In this document: one piece after another, positions 42,465 through 50,651 of the stretch
Layout: every line of letters begins with the position of its first letter
Numbering within the stretch: position 1 is the stretch's first letter
NCBI GenBank assembly: GCA_045545315.1
Contig: JAZQAR010000023.1
Coordinates: 1-59,692, forward strand
Length of the DNA stretch: 59,692 bases
Reading direction: 5' to 3'
Source: Eubacteriales bacterium
GTDB lineage: Bacteria > Bacillota > Clostridia > Oscillospirales > QAKW01
Position numbers and translations under genes: made by a program
The notes under the pieces: model-generated
Told to the model about the DNA's origin: nothing
Database searches by the model: none
Seen by the model: only the letters and a program-made list of their open reading frames with translations

Positions 42465-42548
42465 CTTTCGGTGCAACCGGCTTTTCATTTGATCGCAATT
42501 GAGGAATTTAGTTGAAGTTAATCAGCACATAGAACCGTCCCCTGTGTT
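42465..42548 (-). repeat. 84-nt hairpin-bearing module, second copy
   Basis: Identical by eye to 41300..41383. It is followed by two further partial hairpin copies at 42576..42598 and 42602..42620. Confidence 0.7.
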
Positions 42549-42638
42549 TTTAACACATGCCATCTATTTTGTCAACACACAGAACCGTCCCCTGTGTTTC
42601 CCGAACCGTCCCCTGTGTTTCTTCTTTCTTTTTGTAAA

Positions 42639-42670
42639 GAAAAAGCCTGCCGCACATCAGTGCGGCAGGC
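42639..42670 (-). terminator. Rho-independent terminator after immunity-like paralog 1
   Basis: GCCTGCCGCAC, loop ATCA, then GTGCGGCAGGC. A T-tract follows on the minus strand. It lies 25 nt after the stop at 42695. Confidence 0.7.
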
Positions 42671-42694
42671 TCTCTATTTTGATCGCATTAAATT

Positions 42695-43519
42695 TCAGTC
42701 AGAATCGGTCGAAGACAAGGAACCGTCACCTGTCTTACGAAAACTTTCTATCTGCTCAAGCCAATCCTCCGGGCTTCCCTCTAAATTGATGCTGCTTTCC
42801 GTTTCATTTTGTTCGTTGATTGTAAACGCCACAGTTTTAGTAAATACAATCGGATCTGTGCCGGTTCGCTTCTCAATTACCCGTATAACATGAATCGGGT
42901 TCAATTCCGGATCGTAAACTGCCCCTAAATAATGATTGAAAGTTGCTTTGCCCATTATTTCTTCCAGTTTAGTATCCTCTATGCTTGCGTCAGTACGTAC
43001 ACCCACCATCTTTTCTGTATCCAATGGACGGTTCCAATCATTTTTCTCTTTGAATTCATCCAGACCCTCTTTAATCATAGATGGTTCAAAGGAAAAATAA
43101 AGACCCTTTCCGGCATAAAAATACGTTTTGGTACGATTCGTTTTTTGAACAATGATGAAGACTTGCGCAAAATCTCCCTCTTCAGTTGCGGTTGCATAAT
43201 AATCCGAAAATGCTTCATAAAAATATTCTCCCGCCATAGCTGAATAGCAATAGAGTTTTCTGCCATAGGAATCAGTTTCAATAAGTTCAATATCTTCACG
43301 CTGATTTCTTCTATTTTCATAGAAAAAACCTTCATAATATAGGACCAACTCTGCTGATTTGATATCCGCATATATCTTTCCGCAAGATGTTAGTAAGGCA
43401 CAAATTGAAACTAATATCGCAATAAGGAAAAGCACAAATATCTGCGTTCTCTTCGTTTTAGAACGAATAACCGGGAGCCACTTTTCTCCAGTATTTTTGT
43501 GCATTTTCTTCTGCATCAT
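42695..43519 (-). CDS. Predicted lipoprotein, candidate cognate immunity protein of the RHS toxin (paralog 1)
   Basis: 274-aa ORF. The ATG ATG start lies 7 nt after GGGGGA and overlaps the RHS stop by 62 nt in another frame. It has a signal/anchor with lipobox (IFVLFLIAILVSICALLTSCG). It shares the family blocks ETDSYGRKLYCYS, VFIIVQKTNRTKTYFY, EFKEKNDWNRPL and TVAFTINEQNETE, and has a RKTGDGSLSSTD tail. Confidence 0.75.
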   Translation of the reverse strand: MMQKKMHKNTGEKWLPVIRSKTKRTQIFVLFLIAILVSICALLTSCGKIYADIKSAELVLYYEGFFYENRRNQREDIELIETDSYGRKLYCYSAMAGEYFYEAFSDYYATATEEGDFAQVFIIVQKTNRTKTYFYAGKGLYFSFEPSMIKEGLDEFKEKNDWNRPLDTEKMVGVRTDASIEDTKLEEIMGKATFNHYLGAVYDPELNPIHVIRVIEKRTGTDPIVFTKTVAFTINEQNETESSINLEGSPEDWLEQIESFRKTGDGSLSSTDSD

Positions 43520-46500
43520 CAGTATATCCCCCTACAGTCTTTCCGTCGATTTCACGCTGCCGCTCGCTTTCCAAAACACCGCCGTATCTGTCCGCAATAT
43601 ATTCCCAAGGCTGTGAATAATAATTTTTCACATCGTTCCAATACCCTTTTACCGAAGGGATGGCAACATATCTTGTGTAGTCAACAATGCCCAACTGATC
43701 AAATTGAATAGTGTGACCATATTCATGCTTCACATCTACAGCAGAATTACTCTTTCCTTCTTTTTCTCCGTTTCCTATAAACATTATGCCAAATGAAGCA
43801 GCTTCATTTGGAAAAGGAACCTTGAGAACAAGCTTCCCTTTATAAGCAGAAATAAGTTTTGCATCAAGAACCGCTTGCTCGCTTTGATTATTGATATCAA
43901 AATAAGCAAGATCAACCGCAGCTTCTGTTAAAAGATCAATTAAATAGGGTGACCACATACGTGAAGTCAGCAATGCAAGCGGATTATTCATGAGCATAGA
44001 TAACAAAAGGGGATCTTTTTTTATGCCATCTGTGATTTTCGTCAAAAACAAATCATACCAATCGGCTCTATCCATATCTCTCCAAGATTGAGATGCCATG
44101 CTCCCCCTCTCCGCACTCAAGCCAAGGGGATCCACATTGGTAACCGGATTGCCTTCCGCATAGGCATAGCGGTTCAGGCTGGGGGAGTGGGTGATGGTGC
44201 CAGTGAGGATATCTGCATTATAAAACCGACCGTTGCCCATATAGAATCGGTTCCGCATATAACTGCCCCACATCACGCCGTCGCGGCCGTTATAATTAAA
44301 AATCGGTCTACCGTTTCCGGAACACGCTCCGTAGGTGCTGTAGTTGAATCGGTCACAGGGCATTCCATCCTCTGTCATAAGCAACGTTGCGCTGCCTCGA
44401 TAGTCATAATGATAGTATCGGTTTTCATCCGGGAATTCTATATTATCCTCGTTGAAACGGCTGGTTGACCATTTTGAATGACTGATCAAGCCCAGGCCAT
44501 ACACAAATTTAACCGTTTCTACACCGCCCTCTGCCATTAGCAATTGGCTTAACCGGGCGTGTGGGTTATACGTTAAGAGAACGTCGCCAAGCGCATCCCC
44601 CTCGCCTTCAACACAAAGCAATCCCTCTGCATCATACACGTAATTATCCCAAAACGCTTGCTTCGCCTTTAAGCGATTTTTAGCATCATAGGAATAACAA
44701 TCATGGCCCGATCCCCACTCGTGATCCTCCATGATCATATTGCCGTCAGCATCGTATGCATAAGAAACCGGTTCTTCAATATCCGAGTTAAAAGTCACTA
44801 ACCGATTATTGCTGTCATAGGAATATCCCGGCAGCAACACGTTTCCTGCTGCATCGTAGCTGAAACTTTCGCATTCTTCCTCCAGCAATTCGTCGGTGGT
44901 CAGATCGATCACGTTTCGGTTCAAAACCCTGCCTGACTTATCATAAGTATAACACAGCTTGCGGTTATTGGCAATATCCTTTTCTTCCATAATACGACTC
45001 TTGGGCCCGTAGGTGTATTCATAGCCGTTATACAAATATTCGTCCTCTGCGGAATACGTTTTCATTTCGGTCAACCGCTGTTTTTCATCGTAGGCTTTAT
45101 TCGTATAAGACCCCCAGTTCCGACTTCTTATTACATTACCGTTGGCATCGTACGTATACACGGTCTCATGATTACACCAATCTGTTACTGTTTTCATCCG
45201 GTTACAGTCATCATAGGTATAGATTACCGCCGTGTTATCCGGATAGATCAGCCTGGTCAGATTGCCGTTGGCATCGTATTCATAGCCCACGGTCTTATTG
45301 TGGTAATCCTTATAGCTGGTCACCCGGTTCAGGGCATCGTAGGTCCGCACGATGCTCTTGGTACCGTTGCTGACCGTCAGCAGATTACCGTTGTTATCAT
45401 AGGTATAGGTCAGCGTCTCGTCCGGGCTGGTATAACAGGTCAGGCGGCCGGTATTATCATAGGTATACACCATCTCCTGGCCCCGGGCATTGGTCTTTTT
45501 GGTCACCTGGCCCAAGCCGTTATAGGTATAATGAACCGTGCCGCCGGAGGGTGTACTTTCGGTCAGCACACGCCCCATCGCATCATAGGTATAATCGGTT
45601 TTGGCACCGCCGGGACCCTGGATCCGGGTTACTCTGCCCAGGGCATCATAAGTCAACGTGCTGAGCCCACCTAACTCGTCAGTCACCGAAGTTAAGCGCC
45701 CTACTGCATCGTAGGCAAAAACTTTTTCGGCATCATCACCGGCCTCGTATTCCCGAATCAACTTGCCCAGAGCATTATAGGTATAGGTGAAACTGCCATT
45801 AGCATCTACAGAGGCAGCCGGTTGCCCCCAAAGGTTATAGGCCTTTTGGCTGACGACGTTTTGTTTGGCATCGATCTGCCGCAAAACGTTCCCCTTTAAA
45901 TCATAGACCGTCGTGAAGGTATTGCCGCTTGGATCCTGAATCGCCGTTCTTCTACCACAAGCATCATAGCTATACTGAACGCTGTTTTCTCTTGAATCGA
46001 TCGTCTTTTCCAATCGGTTGCAGGCATCATACGTATGGGTCATCACTCCATTTAATGCGTCGGTCACCTTGATCAGATTGCCGCATACGTCGTATTCATA
46101 GGTGGTGATATTGTTGTTCGCATCCACGGTAGAGATCAATCGACCGGCATCGTCATAGTTATATAGCACTGTCCCGTGAACGTTCGTGACCGAAGACTTG
46201 CGACCGCACAGATCGTAATCATAAGTCTCTACACCACCCAAGGGGTTCACCTTTTTAACCAATTGATTGCAACTATCATATTCATAAGCTGTAACTGCTC
46301 CGGTAGAGTCTATTTCCTTTGTTAGATTGTTGTTAGCATCGTATTCATACCGAGTGACGTAATTCAACGCATCCGTCTTTGTGATCAGATTGCCATAAAC
46401 ATCATAGCCGTAAGCAGTGGTATGGTTCAAAGCATCTGTTTCACTCAGCAGCTTGCCGCCTTTGGAATAGGTATAGGTAGTCTGCCCGTTCATCGGATCG

Positions 46501-49271
46501 GTTTTTGTGAGGATCCGACCAAACTTATCATAGGTATACGTAGTGGTGCCGGCCGCATCGGTCACCGTCAGCACGTCACCCTTGGCGTTATAGGTCTTTT
46601 GGGTCACGTTGCCCAGGGGATCGGTCTCCTTGGTCAAAAATCCCGCATCATTATACTCATAGGTATAGATCCCCCCGTCAGGCAGGATCTTTTTGGTAAG
46701 ATTCCCAACACTATCGTATTCAAAACGGGTAACGTTGTCCAATTGATCGACCACACGGTTCAGGCGATCCATGGCATCGTATTGATAAGATACGTTGCTT
46801 TGATTGGGGAAGGTCTTGCGCAAAAGATTCATATTCCCATCGTAGCTATATTCCGTGGTATTCCCCAAAGCGTCTACCTGGGTGAGCATTTTGCCGTTAC
46901 AATCGTAGGTGTATCGGGTCTCCTTCCCGGCGGGATCGGTCACCTTCAGGAGATTCCCCAGGTCGTCGTATTCATAACGAGTGATGCGGTTCAGGGCATC
47001 GATCTTTTTCACCATCTGATTGATCTCGTTATATTCGTAACGGGTCACGTTTGATCGGGCATCGGTTTCAGAAGTCAAAAGACCGTTGGTATAAGCATAG
47101 GTGATCGCCGGGCGGTCACCCTCCTTCTTGGTGAGCAACTGACCTTTATTATTATAGGTATACTGAGTCACCAGTCCATCCACGCTTGTATGCTTTTTAG
47201 GGCCGAAGGCATTATCGTATTCAAAGGTTTCCTGAATCGTTTCTTCGCCCCCATCGTCGTAGACGATACGGGTGGGGTGACAATTGAAATTATATTCCTT
47301 TTGAATCACCAGCCCTCGCGGGTCTGTGATCCGGGTGGGCATCCTTTTGTTATTATAGATCGTCTCCGTCTCTGCACCACCGAAATCCACTATACGAGTA
47401 ATATTCAACGATGTATCGTATTCATAAAATTTTTCAGCCTGCCGCTCATTTACCTCCCGTGTCAGCAGGCCGTTGCTATCATAATAACGGTAGCTTTTAT
47501 TGCCTGCACGATCGGTAATCGTCACACTGGTCGGATGATATGTGAATTCAGTGATCCCTTCTGCTTCCGCATCGCTCCTTGCGATTCCCTGATCCGGATA
47601 ATATTCATAGGTACTGTAATTCCCCCGGCCGTCCTCTTGTCTGATGATCCAGCCATAGGAATCATAGGTGTTTTCAAAATAGCATACGTTTGTGCCATCC
47701 GTACCCGTTAAAATTCGGCCATCGGAACTATAAGTATAACGAAGAGGGCATCCGGGGCCGCCGGATACACCGGTGAGAAAATCGCCGGTATAGTCAAAGG
47801 AGCAACCGATCGGATTCAAAGCATCATCCATAAAATTGATCTTTCCGGAACTATCCAGTACAATGGCAATTTTCTGTCCGGTCTTAGGATCGATGATATC
47901 AATATAATTCTCATCTTCCCAAGAGGAGTATTGAATCACGATTTCGGCGCCGTGCGAAGTCTCCACCTTCACCAGACGGGCGTAGCCATTCTCGTCCGGA
48001 GCCTCATAGTATTCATAACCTTCATCACCCCGGGTCAGACAATATCCGTTGCCGGTATCAGAAAGATGATAGTGTGTTTTTCCCGGTGCGATACAATCAT
48101 ATTGATCTGTCAAGGTATCACCCTCCGGCTCCAATGAAACAAACGCCAGATAATGACCCGGGTGCTCGTAAACCCGGGCAACTGCTCCATCAATCACCAA
48201 ATGCTTTTCATATTTATGATACCAACCGACACCAAGGGATCCCTTGGCCAGATTGGAAGAATCATAATAGATCGAAAATGCGAGACTTTCGCCGCCAAAA
48301 AGGTGGAACGGGGTTAATTCGATCTTCTGTGAACCGGTGCTCACGTCAATAGGGTCGTCAACCAAATTTGCCGGCAGATCCGGATTGGTATTCACCGGTT
48401 TATCGTTCTCGTCAGGCGTAATCTCCGGTCCGGTCGGCTCCTCCGGCTCCTCCGGTTCTTCCGGCTGATCGGTATTCGTTATGGTGATCTGACCCTCAAA
48501 GTAACCGGTCTGCAAACTTTGAGGATAGATTTTTAAATAATAATAATCAAAGCTTGCCAGTTCCTTTTCGATAGTAAAACTGTTACCGGCTGCTACACAT
48601 TCCGCCGAGATCCAATTACCAACCGCCCCATAAAGATCGCCTCTGATGGGGCCGGCACCGTTCACCGTGATCGTATAGGTGTCATCACTTTCGGTATAGA
48701 TTCGTATCCAGGCCGAGTCTCCCGGCTCTGCCAAATAATCCGAAAAATAATCGTTCACCTCTACTGGAGTATACTGATCCATTCCATAAAGAGGAAGACC
48801 TTCGATCTGAAAATCAAAACTTCCGGTTTGGGTTCCGTAGGACATCAGTTTGAAATAGTAAACGTTGTCATAGAGCATCGGTAAAGTCTGATCAATATCT
48901 ACCTCTTCATTTATAAATTGATCATTTCCGTCAGTAATCTCACATTGCGCTGAAATCATACCGCTTGTATAAACACGGTAGTGAGAGGTTCCATAGGTTA
49001 ATGGACTAAACCGAAACCAAACCTCCTCGGAAGGATCATTGATCAATATCTGATGAGAGAACCCTTCATAATAATCATAAGCTTCTTCTTTCGTATTTGC
49101 TGTGTACAATATTTTTTTCCTTTCTGTTCTTTTTCTGCTTTTTGCGATCGCACCGTTATGATATAATATTTTTTCTGCAATGTCCCACGAACTTTGTCGA
49201 TTTCGAAAAATATAATTTTTTGTCGCATTTTTGATACAAAAACGACAAAAAGCCCCCCATACCGCAATCAC
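43458..49271 (-). CDS. RHS/YD-repeat polymorphic toxin with two PPC-like N-terminal domains and an HExxH C-terminal toxin tip
   Basis: 1937-aa ORF.

Read by eye:
- dozens of YD repeats (YxYDxxGNLxxxxD);
- an N-terminal plug DDPIDVSTGSQ;
- an RHS-associated core ending NRYAYAEGNPVTNVDPLGL;
- a 219-aa tip.

The listed start is a GTG without a Shine-Dalgarno sequence, immediately downstream of a terminator. An in-frame TTG at 49109, preceded by AGGA, is an alternative, so the 5' end is uncertain. Confidence 0.9.
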   Translation of the reverse strand: MIAVWGAFCRFCIKNATKNYIFRNRQSSWDIAEKILYHNGAIAKSRKRTERKKILYTANTKEEAYDYYEGFSHQILINDPSEEVWFRFSPLTYGTSHYRVYTSGMISAQCEITDGNDQFINEEVDIDQTLPMLYDNVYYFKLMSYGTQTGSFDFQIEGLPLYGMDQYTPVEVNDYFSDYLAEPGDSAWIRIYTESDDTYTITVNGAGPIRGDLYGAVGNWISAECVAAGNSFTIEKELASFDYYYLKIYPQSLQTGYFEGQITITNTDQPEEPEEPEEPTGPEITPDENDKPVNTNPDLPANLVDDPIDVSTGSQKIELTPFHLFGGESLAFSIYYDSSNLAKGSLGVGWYHKYEKHLVIDGAVARVYEHPGHYLAFVSLEPEGDTLTDQYDCIAPGKTHYHLSDTGNGYCLTRGDEGYEYYEAPDENGYARLVKVETSHGAEIVIQYSSWEDENYIDIIDPKTGQKIAIVLDSSGKINFMDDALNPIGCSFDYTGDFLTGVSGGPGCPLRYTYSSDGRILTGTDGTNVCYFENTYDSYGWIIRQEDGRGNYSTYEYYPDQGIARSDAEAEGITEFTYHPTSVTITDRAGNKSYRYYDSNGLLTREVNERQAEKFYEYDTSLNITRIVDFGGAETETIYNNKRMPTRITDPRGLVIQKEYNFNCHPTRIVYDDGGEETIQETFEYDNAFGPKKHTSVDGLVTQYTYNNKGQLLTKKEGDRPAITYAYTNGLLTSETDARSNVTRYEYNEINQMVKKIDALNRITRYEYDDLGNLLKVTDPAGKETRYTYDCNGKMLTQVDALGNTTEYSYDGNMNLLRKTFPNQSNVSYQYDAMDRLNRVVDQLDNVTRFEYDSVGNLTKKILPDGGIYTYEYNDAGFLTKETDPLGNVTQKTYNAKGDVLTVTDAAGTTTYTYDKFGRILTKTDPMNGQTTYTYSKGGKLLSETDALNHTTAYGYDVYGNLITKTDALNYVTRYEYDANNNLTKEIDSTGAVTAYEYDSCNQLVKKVNPLGGVETYDYDLCGRKSSVTNVHGTVLYNYDDAGRLISTVDANNNITTYEYDVCGNLIKVTDALNGVMTHTYDACNRLEKTIDSRENSVQYSYDACGRRTAIQDPSGNTFTTVYDLKGNVLRQIDAKQNVVSQKAYNLWGQPAASVDANGSFTYTYNALGKLIREYEAGDDAEKVFAYDAVGRLTSVTDELGGLSTLTYDALGRVTRIQGPGGAKTDYTYDAMGRVLTESTPSGGTVHYTYNGLGQVTKKTNARGQEMVYTYDNTGRLTCYTSPDETLTYTYDNNGNLLTVSNGTKSIVRTYDALNRVTSYKDYHNKTVGYEYDANGNLTRLIYPDNTAVIYTYDDCNRMKTVTDWCNHETVYTYDANGNVIRSRNWGSYTNKAYDEKQRLTEMKTYSAEDEYLYNGYEYTYGPKSRIMEEKDIANNRKLCYTYDKSGRVLNRNVIDLTTDELLEEECESFSYDAAGNVLLPGYSYDSNNRLVTFNSDIEEPVSYAYDADGNMIMEDHEWGSGHDCYSYDAKNRLKAKQAFWDNYVYDAEGLLCVEGEGDALGDVLLTYNPHARLSQLLMAEGGVETVKFVYGLGLISHSKWSTSRFNEDNIEFPDENRYYHYDYRGSATLLMTEDGMPCDRFNYSTYGACSGNGRPIFNYNGRDGVMWGSYMRNRFYMGNGRFYNADILTGTITHSPSLNRYAYAEGNPVTNVDPLGLSAERGSMASQSWRDMDRADWYDLFLTKITDGIKKDPLLLSMLMNNPLALLTSRMWSPYLIDLLTEAAVDLAYFDINNQSEQAVLDAKLISAYKGKLVLKVPFPNEAASFGIMFIGNGEKEGKSNSAVDVKHEYGHTIQFDQLGIVDYTRYVAIPSVKGYWNDVKNYYSQPWEYIADRYGGVLESERQREIDGKTVGGYTDDAEENAQKYWRKVAPGYSF
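43461..44117 (-). other. C-terminal toxin domain of the RHS protein (after DPLGL), putative zinc metallopeptidase
   Basis: The DPLGL cleavage motif is encoded at 44118..44132. The tip carries HEYGH (43713..43727) within VDVKHEYGHTIQFDQLG. A downstream QPWEYIADRYGG could supply a third Glu ligand (gluzincin-like). The family was not assigned. Confidence 0.6.
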
Positions 49272-49292
49272 TGTATATCCTATTCTGTTCTC

Positions 49293-49327
49293 CCATAAAA
49301 TCAGCCCCCGAGGAAAACCTCGGGGGC
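49293..49327 (-). terminator. Rho-independent terminator between the M24 peptidase operon and the RHS gene
   Basis: GCCCCCGAGG, loop TTTT, then CCTCGGGGGC on the minus strand, followed by TGATTTTAT. It ends only about 20 nt upstream of the listed RHS start. Confidence 0.6.
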
Positions 49328-49359
49328 TACTATTTAAGTGAACAAAAAATTACAGAAGA

Positions 49360-49440
49360 CAGGCTCTCTATTTTGATCGCATTAAATTTCAGTTAGGATC
49401 GGTCGAAGACAAGGAACCGTCCCCTGTCTTACGCAAAAAT
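49360..49440 (-). pseudogene. Relic of the 3' end of a fourth immunity-like gene, located upstream of the RHS gene
   Basis: The minus strand reads ...RKFLRKTGDGSLSSTDPN, then a stop (stop codon at complement 49389..49391). It is followed by the conserved AATTTAATGCGATCAAAATAGAGAGCCTG that trails all three intact paralogs. There is no gene body. It contains the hairpin 49406..49430. Confidence 0.6.
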
Positions 49441-49502
49441 TTTCTGCGAAAATAAATCAGCCCTGCGGGAGGACGTTCATTCCCGCAGGGCCGTATGCTA
49501 AC

Positions 49503-49577
49503 TTGCAATTACTTGTAGGTTGTTCCCCCTTGAAAGGGGGAACACGAACAGCCCGCCGGCTGTTCGGAGGGGGTTCA
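49503..49577 (-). repeat. Stop-codon-associated double-hairpin element
   Basis: Minus strand reads TGAACCCCCTCCG, then GAACAGCC-GGCG-GGCTGTTC, then GTGTTCCCCC-TTTCAA-GGGGGAAC, then AACCTACAAGTAATTGCAA. The TGA is the stop codon of the M24 peptidase gene (49575..49577). A further hairpin, CAGCCCTGCGGGAGGACGTTCATTCCCGCAGGGC, follows at 49458..49491. Confidence 0.8.
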
Positions 49578-50648
49578 CAGGATGATCAGTTCCTTGGGGG
49601 AGGCGGTCAGGTTGATGCTGCCCTCTTCGGTCACGTAGACCATATCCTCGATGCGGACACCGAACTTGTTTTCCAGATAGATGCCGGGCTCCACGGTCAT
49701 AACGGTACCGGGCTTGAGGACGGTCTCACAGCGCATATTGAAGGCGGGATCCTCGTGGATCTCGATACCCACGCTGTGACCCAGGCCGTGGCCGAAGCAA
49801 CCCTCGTAGCCCGCATTGTAGATGATATCCCGGGCGATCTTATCCACGTCCTTGCAGACCAGGCCGGCCTTCACGGCATCCAGAGCGGCCAATTGGGCCT
49901 GCAGAACGGTGTTGTAAACCTTTTTCTGCTCCTCGGTAACGGCGCCCACCGCCACGGTGCGGGTCATATCGGAGCAATAGCCCCCCACCATACACCCGAA
50001 GTCCATGGTCACGAAGTCGCCCACCTCGATCTTTTTATCGGAGGGCACCCCGTGGGGCAGAGAAGAATTCTTGCCGGATACCACGATGAAGTCAAAGGAT
50101 ACCCCCTGACACTCCGGCTGACGGCGCATAAAGAATTCCATATCCAGCATCACTTCCTGCTCGGTGCGGCCGGGCTTGATGCGGTCTAAAATATAGGTGA
50201 AGGTATCGTCGGTGATCTTTTGAGCCTTTTTGATCAACTCCAGCTCGGCGGCGGTCTTCATACTGCGCATCTCGGTGATGGCATCGTCCATGGCGGTATC
50301 GGTGACCACCTCCAGCTCCGGCAGAGCGGCCTTTAACTGCTCCAGCCGGGCAACACTCATCACGCAGGCCTCAATATGCAGCTTTTTGGCGCCGTCCTTG
50401 GCACAAAGCTCGCCGATCTCCTTATCCGAATAGGAAGAAAGCCGAACCTCACAGCTATCCACCACCTTTTTCGCCTTTTCCACGTAGCGGAAGTCGATCA
50501 TAAAATAGGCGTTCTGCTTGGTGATCAGCACCATCCCGGCGGAGGATTCCATGCCGGTGAAATAAAAGCGGTTGGGCTGGCCGGTGATCAGCAGGGCGCC
50601 GTCCTGCTCCAGTAAGTTTTGAACCTTTAAAATTCTTTCCTTAACCAT
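49575..50648 (-). CDS. M24-family Xaa-Pro aminopeptidase/dipeptidase
   Basis: 357-aa ORF with a creatinase-like N-domain and M24 metal ligands in DFGCMVGGYCSDMTRT, GHGLGHSVGIEIHE and VEPGIY...RIED. Confidence 0.85.
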   Translation of the reverse strand: MVKERILKVQNLLEQDGALLITGQPNRFYFTGMESSAGMVLITKQNAYFMIDFRYVEKAKKVVDSCEVRLSSYSDKEIGELCAKDGAKKLHIEACVMSVARLEQLKAALPELEVVTDTAMDDAITEMRSMKTAAELELIKKAQKITDDTFTYILDRIKPGRTEQEVMLDMEFFMRRQPECQGVSFDFIVVSGKNSSLPHGVPSDKKIEVGDFVTMDFGCMVGGYCSDMTRTVAVGAVTEEQKKVYNTVLQAQLAALDAVKAGLVCKDVDKIARDIIYNAGYEGCFGHGLGHSVGIEIHEDPAFNMRCETVLKPGTVMTVEPGIYLENKFGVRIEDMVYVTEEGSINLTASPKELIIL

Positions 50649-50651
50649 TTT

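Noticed and set aside
43458-49271. Association of the RHS gene with a T6SS, T7SS or contractile injection system.
   Set aside because: No VgrG/PAAR, EssC/WXG100/LXG, or sheath/tube/baseplate genes are present anywhere in the window. The delivery route is left open rather than assigned.
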